From Minutocellus sp. GHC0000111 (lineage: Eukaryota), in the NCBI GenBank assembly GCA_977018835.1, contig OZ361258.1, positions 2,046,001 through 2,110,000 on the forward strand: a DNA stretch of 64,000 nt, read 5' to 3'. The position numbers were made by a program, and so were the translations under genes. The notes below the pieces were generated by a model. It had not been told where the DNA came from. It did no database searches and saw nothing but the letters and a program-made list of their open reading frames with translations. How positions within the stretch are numbered: the stretch's first letter is position 1; every line of letters begins with the position of its first letter. Shown piece after piece: positions 1 to 8,612 of this stretch.

Positions 1-2
1 GT

Positions 3-780
3 ACTCCTAGGCCTCGCACAGTAAAAATTGCGGGGACGCATTCATCTGATGTCGACGGTCTTGTTGAACTAGGCCTTGCCTTTGTACATTTGCACGGGAA
101 AACAGCGGAGGAAGGTATTGAAGCAGCTAGGCGGGTAGCTCACATCGTTGAAACCCAAGTTCCCGGCGGCTTCGATAATCCAATATTTTTCCATGCATGG
201 ATTTGCTTATGATGTCTCTGGAGAAGCAGGTGTGATACTGGGCGATGGAATGCTTAACTACTTGCAGAATATCCCAGTCCCTACTCGAGTGCCATTTACA
301 ATTGCATTGCATAGCCGCTTGGCATCGATTATTGGCGCTCATTTGTTACACCTGAACCTTGGCATGCCCACCTTTTTGCCATCTGATGAAGACCCCGACG
401 CATACCAAGCTCTCTTCGCTGACGTACTTGGTGCTTATTACATGGCTCATCCTTTGGGTGGGATGTTGACTGGAAACGAAATCTGCACTTCGTTCCTCGC
501 CTATGTAAGATCCACTGGCGTAGAGGAATGCGATCCGTTGGTGGAAAGAAATGCAGCTCCAGGCATTCAGCTGACATCGTCGCAGAAATCATGTGCGGCC
601 ATTTGGGCGATCCGTTGGGCATGGGTTGACAATGCAACGGCCAAGAGTGACTCGGCAACAGGAGTTGCCAGTCTCTCGGAGTTAAAGGACCGTTTCGATG
701 CACGATACCAACGAATTTTAAATGTGGACCAAATGGGAACCTGCCCAGAACTGTCTACTCTCGAATGCACGCTGTACTGA
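3..780 (+). CDS. 5'-partial protein resembling neutral zinc metalloprotease-like (zincin) family, with a frameshift at the T run 186-190
   Basis: Frame 3 is open from base 3 to ...PGGFDNPIF; removing one T joins it to ORF 148..780 (SMHGFAYD...VILGDGML...FADVLGAYYMAHPLGG). No HExxH motif is visible. Confidence 0.45.
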
Positions 781-1280
781 CTTCCCTTCTTACAGGTGCA
801 CTTAGGCACTACATGAAATTCACTTACTTTTCAAGATAGGTGGTCTACTTTCGATAAAATAGTGGTGTTTTCGTCCCGCTAAGTTATAGCTCAAAAATAT
901 AATAAATGAAAAGTTGGAGAACCAAATCCAATTCGATTGAATACATGTAGGTAGCCGCAGCACTTGCATCAGTAAGAACGAATGCCAATAACATAAACAA
1001 ACATCGAAATTGTAGACATTGTAGGATAAGATTGAGTGAAGGTGAGGTGAGGATCAGTCAGGTGGGTCTACATGGAGACTAGTCGGTCTCTCCATGTGTT
1101 GGGATTGTTGGCTGGATGGCAAGAAGCCTTTGAAAGCGAGAAACGGCCACACAAGTAGCCGACGGACAGACGGATAGACGGACGCTTCAAAGCGTAAGCG
1201 TAAGCAAACGAAACCCTTAGTATCTTTTGATCTTTTGGCATGTCACATACGTCGTAGTAGTCGAAGGAGCCCAAGGAGGA

Positions 1281-2327
1281 ATGTGTACACAATTGTTTTC
1301 GGCTCTGGTCACCCTCTCCGCTTGCGTCTCGGCCTTGCTTCCGCCAGCATCAGCCGAAACGCTCACAACGTGCGGGAATCTATCCCCATCGACCAACCAC
1401 ACGGCATGTCCTGAATTCTTCTCCTGCTGCCGGTATGGTTGGTCCGAGTCGGAGGGTTCGTGGGGATGCGCGCCATTCCCCGATGCAGTGTGCTGCCCAT
1501 CAAAATACTATGCCTGTCCATCAGGTCATACCTGTCAGGAGAAAGGAGAGCAACCGCCATGGAAGGATGAGGTGGTATGCCTACCGCCAGCCGATGCTCA
1601 AGATGCACCGATCCGCAAGGCAGAAGAAATCTGCAAGAATGGGCCACCAATACTAATGGATGAAAATCGCAAGAATGTTATCATTATCGGCGACTCGGTA
1701 TCCATCGGATATACACCTTTGGTAGCTGAAAGTCTGAAAGATATCGCCCAGGTTGCTCACTCGCCGTGGGACTATCATGACGGAGGTGCCAGCGATGCAT
1801 TTTATGGATACCGCTGCCTATCGCGCTTTTTAACGGCAGCTGACGGTACACCTCTTCGACCGGACGTGTTGTATTTTAATTGGGGAATACATTCTGCAGT
1901 GCCGGGAAGTGATGAGGCACAAAATTATGCGAAATATCTATCCTGGATTGTGCAAGAACTGACTGCGTGGGCCCGGAGTAGCAGCAGCGATGATAACGAT
2001 TTAGTCGAGCTCATGTTTGCGCTGACGTCCCCGTGGCTGAACGATAAAGACAAGGACGATGTCATCGTTAAGCATAACTTACAGGCAAAGAAGCTAATGG
2101 ATAGGTATGACATTCCAACCGTTGATTTGCATGGTCCGATAATTGCAAAATGTGGAGAACCGCCGCAAACATCCTGTTTCAATAAGACAGAATGCTGGAG
2201 TCCTCACTGCAAAGGCGCTGGGTATGAATGGCTTGCCGAAACGACAGTGACGCCGGCAATTAGAACATTACTATTGGACGGTGAGGGAGCAGTTGGAGAA
2301 GATGACATTAGCTTGGCTATCGAATGA
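1281..2327 (+). CDS. Secreted granulin-like domain plus SGNH/GDSL hydrolase
   Basis: ATG 1281 gives a signal peptide (MCTQLFSALVTLSACVSALLPPASA). Then CPEFFSCC...WGCAPFPDAVCC...CPSGHTC, followed by SGNH blocks IIGDSVSIGY, YFNWGIH and terminal PHCKGAGYE. Confidence 0.75.
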   Translation: MCTQLFSALVTLSACVSALLPPASAETLTTCGNLSPSTNHTACPEFFSCCRYGWSESEGSWGCAPFPDAVCCPSKYYACPSGHTCQEKGEQPPWKDEVVCLPPADAQDAPIRKAEEICKNGPPILMDENRKNVIIIGDSVSIGYTPLVAESLKDIAQVAHSPWDYHDGGASDAFYGYRCLSRFLTAADGTPLRPDVLYFNWGIHSAVPGSDEAQNYAKYLSWIVQELTAWARSSSSDDNDLVELMFALTSPWLNDKDKDDVIVKHNLQAKKLMDRYDIPTVDLHGPIIAKCGEPPQTSCFNKTECWSPHCKGAGYEWLAETTVTPAIRTLLLDGEGAVGEDDISLAIE

Positions 2328-2448
2328 TCGAATGAGTATCATGTAAGCTTCTACCAACGGTAAAACGCTAAATTAATTCACGCCTAAAGTATCTCTAATG
2401 TTGTTATGGGGGTAGCAAGTGTAGCTGGGATCGGGCAATTCACATATT

Positions 2449-4440
2449 TTAAATCATGTACACCTCTTCCATCTCGCCATCATCACCTGTCGTCTTGACC
2501 GGGGAAAGGTTGACATTCGGATCCAAATGAGGAGGGACATTTCCCTTGCTCGATACACCTCTGCGGCGAATGATCACAGCAACAACCAGAAGAACAGCGC
2601 CGAGTGTCACGGCAACAATGAAGAATATGGCAACGCCAGACAATCCTCCGCCCGATCCACCAGTCGATTTGGATTGCTTCGAATTCGACGACTTGATCGA
2701 AGTCCCGAAATCTTTGGGATCCTCGAGAGCAGTCTCGGGGAGCAATTCTTCATCGACCTCGATATCGTTAGCAGTAGAGGTTGTGACACAATACTTGTCC
2801 GAGGAGCACCAAAGTCCTGGGCAGCAATCGGACTTGTACTTGTGGCTGGATGCTCCGCAGGAGCGAGCCTTTTGTCCTTCCACGGCACATTGCTCGTCGT
2901 CGTCGCCATTATTGGCATCGATCTCACCAGATGCTGCAGGTTTGGAGTTCAAGTATTTGGACGAGCAAGCCAAATTTTCTACTAGGAACTCACCGTCAGA
3001 GCCAATCTGCGCGTCGTAGTCGGCCAGTGCCTGAGGATTCAACTTCTTGAGTTCGTGTCTCATCCACAACAGCTCCTTGGGTTGAGTGGCCAAAATGTGG
3101 CCGGAACAGATGTGATGCATGGCATTGAGCGTCGACACCTCCTCGTGATTGCTCATGAGCCTTTGGACCTCGTCAAGGGGGAGGGGATCGGTGCACACCA
3201 TCCGGGCGGGGGCGCAGCTCCAGTACTTGTAGTAGATGTTGCACATCTCGATGGCCCCCTCGTGATGGGCGGCCATGCCCAGCAAAAAGTCCACGTCGTT
3301 GTCGCCGGTCCACTCGAAGGCCATGCGCATGTGCATCTTCATACCGCTCGAGAGATAGTCCAAGGTAGACGGCACGTCCAGCTTGCCGCAGCCCATGAAC
3401 ATCTCCTTGTGGTCCATGACATTCCACCACGCCGCTGCCGGGTGGTCCGACATCATCCCAACGTTGCCATCATCGCCCTCCCCCCGGATGGCATCGTCAA
3501 TCTGCAATGCCATTTGCCTCTTCTCGTCGTCGCTCAATGCGCTGCAGCCCTTCTCGTAATGCGATACCTTGTCCAGTTGGACCAGTATGTCCATCATCTG
3601 CTGCGTTTCGCCGACCTGACTAAAGTCGCTCTGGTACTGGGCGCCGTATCCCAAACCGTCTTTCGGGCCGTACGTGATGTTGTAACAGAGACTCTCGATG
3701 CCGGGATGGGTGCTGCCGTCGCCGTGGGTGGCGTGGTAATAGACGGAGCACATGTCGACGGCGGCCGAGTGGTGGGGGATCATCCCGGCCAGGAAGTCAA
3801 ACTCGTCGTCGTTGCCCGTGTATTTGATCGCCATGTTCTTGTGCATGTCGAGCATGACGGCGGTGTACTGGCGTGAGACCAGATCGTCCTCGTGCTCGCC
3901 GCATCCCGTCAAGAGGGAGTACGTCTCGGCGTCGAGGGGGGACAAGTCGGCCACGTCGACGGTTTGGGGAACCGAGTCCTTGGGTGGCTTGTACTTTTGG
4001 GGGATGCTGGCATCGGCGGGCAGGACGTCGCACGGACCGGACTGACATCCATCGGCGCACTCGTCGGTGTAGCCGCAAATGCCTTGGGCCGAGCAGCACA
4101 TGCCATCGTCGCATTTTTTGCCGGAGGGGCTGGCATCGACGCCGCATTGGGCGGTGGGATTGGTATCGGCGATGGCATCGGCCGTGCTGGGCCTGTCCTC
4201 TTTGGTTCCAGTCCCACTAACGGCGGTACAACGCTTGCCACCGTTCTGAACGCATTGGTACCCGTCGCAGCACGATACGGGATGCATGGGGTTCTGCGCG
4301 CCGCAATCCTGGGCTCGCACCCCTTCGCCGGCACATGTGGTTGTGCTTTGGGCGAGTGTGGGTGTTGGAAAGAGAGCTAGGCCTGCCAGCGTGGTGGCCA
4401 GGGCGGCCGCTGCTGCTGCCGATTTGCTCATAGTTCCCAT
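2449..4440 (-). CDS. Type I membrane/surface protein: Cys-rich repeat, hevein-type chitin-binding domain, two DUF305-like His/Met-rich units, Cys-rich repeat, C-terminal TM helix
   Basis: Signal peptide follows ATG 4440. Hevein pattern CDDGMCCSAQGICGYTDECADGCQSGPC. DUF305-like FLAGMIPHHSAAVDM and FLLGMAAHHEGAIEM. TM VAIFFIVAVTLGAVLLVVAVII followed by RRR. Confidence 0.75.
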   Translation of the reverse strand: MGTMSKSAAAAAALATTLAGLALFPTPTLAQSTTTCAGEGVRAQDCGAQNPMHPVSCCDGYQCVQNGGKRCTAVSGTGTKEDRPSTADAIADTNPTAQCGVDASPSGKKCDDGMCCSAQGICGYTDECADGCQSGPCDVLPADASIPQKYKPPKDSVPQTVDVADLSPLDAETYSLLTGCGEHEDDLVSRQYTAVMLDMHKNMAIKYTGNDDEFDFLAGMIPHHSAAVDMCSVYYHATHGDGSTHPGIESLCYNITYGPKDGLGYGAQYQSDFSQVGETQQMMDILVQLDKVSHYEKGCSALSDDEKRQMALQIDDAIRGEGDDGNVGMMSDHPAAAWWNVMDHKEMFMGCGKLDVPSTLDYLSSGMKMHMRMAFEWTGDNDVDFLLGMAAHHEGAIEMCNIYYKYWSCAPARMVCTDPLPLDEVQRLMSNHEEVSTLNAMHHICSGHILATQPKELLWMRHELKKLNPQALADYDAQIGSDGEFLVENLACSSKYLNSKPAASGEIDANNGDDDEQCAVEGQKARSCGASSHKYKSDCCPGLWCSSDKYCVTTSTANDIEVDEELLPETALEDPKDFGTSIKSSNSKQSKSTGGSGGGLSGVAIFFIVAVTLGAVLLVVAVIIRRRGVSSKGNVPPHLDPNVNLSPVKTTGDDGEMEEVYMI

Positions 4441-4706
4441 GGCAATTCGACGGCGGTTGGGCGATGGGCGATGAAATTTATTTGTGGTGGCTAGAGCGGC
4501 CGCTGTTGCTGTCGACTTCCCCATGGTTCCCATTTGCAATGCGACGGTTGGCACGGTTGGGCGATGAAATTTGTGTCTTGGCAACTGGTGCTTGTGAAAT
4601 AGGGGGGCCATGTGCAAATGGAGAAAAATGGGGAATGGGGGGGAATGTCTGTCCTTCGCCTCGCCTGCGTCTGATCATTCTCCGGACTCCTCGTAACAAT
4701 AACATC

Positions 4707-4806
4707 ATGGACGGTGGCGGAAAGGCATCTTCAGATGGGCTCAGCGCTGGTGATATGGAAAGCAAAAAGGTAGGCGCACGTGCAGATGAGAAGAACAAAG
4801 GGAAAA

Positions 4807-4847
<41 letters not shown>

Positions 4848-5627
4848 ACAAAGGTCGACAGGGGTCTCTTCGACAAGCCACCACCTCCCGAGGATTGTCC
4901 CATCTGCATGGTTCCCCTGCCGCTGGATCCCCTCCTGAGCACCTACAAGATATGCTGCGGGAAGCTCATCTGCGGTGCCTGCTACTGGGAGCATCAGCGC
5001 GCGACTCATTTGTTGAATGTGGAAAAGGCCGCGGAGGGAGAAGAGCCCCGTGTCGAGGATACGTGCGCCTTCTGCAAGACTCCCCTGCCCACATCGGAAG
5101 ATGAGGTTCGGAAGCGCACCCAAGCCAGGGCGGAGCTGAACGACCCCGTGGCCATACACCAGTTGGCGTTCATGTACCAGGAAGGAGAGGCTGGTCTGCC
5201 AAAGGATGAGGGCAAGTATCTCCAACTGCAGCAACGAGCCGCAGACATGGGCCTACCACCCGCTCTCTACAACCTGGCGACTGATCTGATTGATGGCGGC
5301 ACGTCCCTGGGCAGAGATGGTGCCGAGGGCAGGCAATATCTCAAGATGGCTGCCAAGAAGGGTTTGGTTCAAGCACGCACCGAGCTGGCCGTGATCGAGT
5401 TCCGCGGTGGCAACAGGGACGCTGCGGTGCAGCATTTTCGCATCGCGGAAGCGGCTGGGTCCGAAGAAGCCATAGGGGCACTCAGAACCATTCATCGCCG
5501 CGACGGCCATCTCCTTAGTGAGAGCGAACTCGAAGCCTCGCGCCAGTCCATGGAAGAAGCTCAGAACGAGGTGCACAGTGAAAGCCGGGATCGGTACATG
5601 AGATATCTCAAAACAGGGCTATATTGA
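4707..5627 (+). CDS. RING-like zinc finger plus SEL1-like repeat protein
   Basis: LFDKPPPPEDCPICM...CCGKLICGAC...CAFCKTP, then SEL1-type helices (AELNDPVAIHQLAFMYQEG, AADMGLPPALYNLA). Likely start is ATG 4707. Confidence 0.8.
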
Positions 5628-5740
5628 TCATACATGATGTATTTCACCATTATAATGATATCCTAATAGGAGGGTATATCCTGTCACAATTAATTTGTAG
5701 AAATAGTGGTCCTCAAGTAGACTAAAACCATGTAGCGATA

Positions 5741-6038
5741 TTATGATATGTTCCTCACAATTCCACCATCTACATGTTGCGCGGTACCATTGATACCGCT
5801 AGCAAGTGGGCTACACAAGAATGTAGTGGCATAAGCAACTTCTTTGGGATCCAAGAATCTTTGAATGAGCGAGGTTGGTTCATGCATCTTGAAGTATTGT
5901 GCAGATGCAGATGCAACATCCTCTCCAAATCCATTCTCTTCAGCCCAACTCTTCATATAATCTTCCACACCCTTGGTCATGGTAGGCCCCGGAAGAATGG
6001 CATTCACGGTAACATTGTTGCTGCCTTTGGTAAGTTCC
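5741..6038 (-). pseudogene. C-terminal fragment of a short-chain dehydrogenase/reductase
   Basis: ELTKGSNNVTVNAILPGPT...RFLDPKEVA...SGINGTAQHVDGG are SDR C-terminal motifs. The TGxxxGxG and YxxxK motifs are absent upstream. Confidence 0.75.
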
Positions 6039-6731
6039 GTTGACACCACCTCCACCTCCGGCCTGGGCCGGGCCTCCGAACTCGGTCTGGCGACCTCCGG
6101 CATGGCCGAGATGGTGTCGTCGTCCTACATGAAGGAGGCCGGCGTCTTGTTCGATCTGCAGCACCAGGGCCGGGCCTTCACCGTCATCCGCAACCCCATC
6201 GAGCGTGCCGTTTCGATGTACTACTATCGCACCCGCGGGGAGCGGGCCGATCTGGATCCCGACCTCAGTCTCGAGGCGTTCGCCCAGGGCGAGGGCATCG
6301 AGAACAACTGGATGACCCGATTCCTGATCGATCGGATGGAGGGTGAACTCACAAAAAAGGATCTCGAAAAGGCCAAGGAGGTGCTCGAGAAGAAATTCCT
6401 CATTGGCCTTCTCGAGGATGGCAAGGAAACTTTCTCCAGAATCATGAAGTATTATGGGTGGGAATACGTCGAGGATGAGACGGAACGGATGCGACAGGAG
6501 GACTGTATCGATATGCTCATTAGGGACGGTACCAACGCCAGGCCGGAGGAGTATCAGCTGCCGAAGAAGGGCACACAGCCTTATGCTCTCATCTCGTGGC
6601 AGACTCAGTTTGATATGAAGCTGTATGAGTTTGCCAAGGAACTGTTTGAGAAGCAGACCAAGCAGTGGGGTTCGAGGGAGAGGAAGAAGGAGCTCAAAAG
6701 GCAAAAGAAGAAGGAGAAGGCCGGAAAGTAG
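6038..6731 (+). pseudogene. C-terminal fragment of a sulfotransferase-family protein
   Basis: VDTTSTSGLGRASELGL...AFTVIRNPIERAVSMYYY (3'-phosphate-binding-like motif)...ENNWMTRFL...KFLIGLLE...FDMKLYEFA. The N-terminal PSB loop is missing. Confidence 0.7.
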
Positions 6732-7081
6732 ATCACACATACCATTGTATTGTCTGCGGATGATATTTTTATTTTACTTTGTTCTTAAAATAGTTTCAAC
6801 AAATTCATCACTTGTAACCACGCATGTGTGAAGCACAGTCATGTAGAGACTAGATACCTCGTCAATTTCCCCCCTTTTCTTGTAGGAGGGGGCGTGGTTG
6901 CGAGGCCGCTTGTGGTCACGGTACTGTACATGTACAAAGGTCCCTTCGTTTGGCGATGGCCGCGAATGAGATGACTTGCAGGTGTGTCCTCCGGGTCTCT
7001 TTTCAGGAACCGGCCGCGAAGTGAAATCGTAATCGGCCCGCGACACCACAAACCTCCGGCCGATACAACGAAATACCAGCA

Positions 7082-8287
7082 ATGGCCGACAAGAATCTGG
7101 TCCGCCGCGGCGCTCCCGGTGGTGCCGCCGATACCGGCGGAATGATTGTGGAGGAGCCTCTCGAGCAGGTGTCTCCAAATCGCCTCGCGCAAGACCTCGA
7201 GGCCGGCGGCTCCGGAGAACACGCAGCACATGCAAATGACGACGGTCCAACCAAGGATGGTGACGAAACCCAGCCCCTCTCCATCGAACGGCGGTACGCC
7301 GAGGAGCGCATGGCGGCCAAGGTCCGAAATTGGAAGGAGGGCGAGCTGGCCGCCGGACTTGTCGAACTCACCTGGCGCGACGAGCTGGGCAAGCATCGGT
7401 ACACCGACGACGATGACGACGACGCCAACGGCGCCAACCGCGGCGTTTGTGCCGACTGCTACAAGGAGGAGATGGAGCCGACGTGCGGTTGTTTGTACCT
7501 GTCGGGGCTGGTGTGCAGCCGTCTCGGTGCCGGGCGGGTGGGCAATATGGCAATTTTGAAGGAGTCCACAATTGTTGTCGAGGAGGTTATCAACGATGCT
7601 GACGACGAGGAGGAGGGCATCGAGAGTGAGCACGACAGTGCACGGACTGCTCCCTCGTCGAATGGCTCAGCTGCTGCTGCTGGCGGCAACGGTGCCATCC
7701 GGACACGGAGTGTGCATCGACGGAAGATTGATTACGTGGTGGGACCTTACTGGCCCATGCTTCTTTGCATAACTTACCCCCTTATTTTTTCCGTCAGCGC
7801 GTGGACTTTTGTATCGGCCATCCTACCCGGACGACATCCACTGGTAACTCTCGTGTGGGCCACATTGACGCTGGGACTCATCTATGCGCTGTTTGGCGTT
7901 GCATTTCGGGATCCGGGCATCCTTCCCCGGCATCGTACTCCGCCGGTAGGATCCGGACGGGGAGAATGGAGATGGAACGACCAGGCCCAGACGTACAGGC
8001 CTCGCGGGGCCATCTACGACCCGGATTGTGCCGTGGTTATTGAAGACTTTGATCACACTTGCCCTTGGACTGTACGTATTGAAATTAGTTCAATAATGTG
8101 GATTTATTTTCGTCTTCATATAATCACTTTCTCATCTGTTTTGTTTCTGCTGCATGTCTCTTCTCTTCTACACACATATCAGGGTACGGGAATAGGGCGA
8201 AAGAATATGCCCAGCTTCCAAGCATTTGTTGCATTGGTGTTCATCTGTTTGATCATGGACATTTTGTTACTAACCGCCGCTGTCTAG
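7082..8287 (+). CDS. DHHC-type palmitoyltransferase-like protein (DHTC variant), one intron 8072-8182
   Basis: GPYWPMLL, two TM helices, RDPGIL, CAVVIEDFDHTCPWT|GTGIGRKN. The AT-rich GTACGT...CAG intron is 111 bp and happens to be in frame. Confidence 0.8.
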   Translation: MADKNLVRRGAPGGAADTGGMIVEEPLEQVSPNRLAQDLEAGGSGEHAAHANDDGPTKDGDETQPLSIERRYAEERMAAKVRNWKEGELAAGLVELTWRDELGKHRYTDDDDDDANGANRGVCADCYKEEMEPTCGCLYLSGLVCSRLGAGRVGNMAILKESTIVVEEVINDADDEEEGIESEHDSARTAPSSNGSAAAAGGNGAIRTRSVHRRKIDYVVGPYWPMLLCITYPLIFSVSAWTFVSAILPGRHPLVTLVWATLTLGLIYALFGVAFRDPGILPRHRTPPVGSGRGEWRWNDQAQTYRPRGAIYDPDCAVVIEDFDHTCPWTVRIEISSIMWIYFRLHIITFSSVLFLLHVSSLLHTYQGTGIGRKNMPSFQAFVALVFICLIMDILLLTAAV

Positions 8288-8402
8288 CTAGCTACGTAGT
8301 GATGTTATATATAGAGACTCATAATCCGAAGTAAGTGATTCTCACTCAATTTTATTTGTAATCTTCTCTTCATCAATTCATTTTTATGAATGTGTACTGT
8401 AA

Positions 8403-8549
8403 GGTACGGGCATCGGTGGAGGCAACATATCACAGTTCAACCGCTTCATGGCATTTCTTGCTTTGGCGATGATTATGGATATGGCTCTGCTTGTGATGAC
8501 CCATCCCCCTTCCCCTCAAAAGGAACCTCAGTCGGTATCATCTTTCTAG
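8403..8549 (+). other. Second, diverged copy of the last exon of the DHHC-type gene
   Basis: Translates GTGIGGGNISQFNRFMAFLALAMIMDMALLVMTHPPSPQKEPQSVSSF*, parallel to GTGIGRKNMPSFQAFVALVFICLIMDILLLTAAV* at 8183-8287. Confidence 0.7.
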
Positions 8550-8612
8550 ATAGGATATGATATTGTTGGCTAGAGTAGGTTCTCATTACATATGAATGCT
8601 CTAAATTAAAGT

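Noticed and set aside
8050..8071. DHTC instead of DHHC as evidence of a dead enzyme
   Set aside because: The catalytic Asp-His and Cys are retained, and active variants at the third position (for example DHYC) are known.
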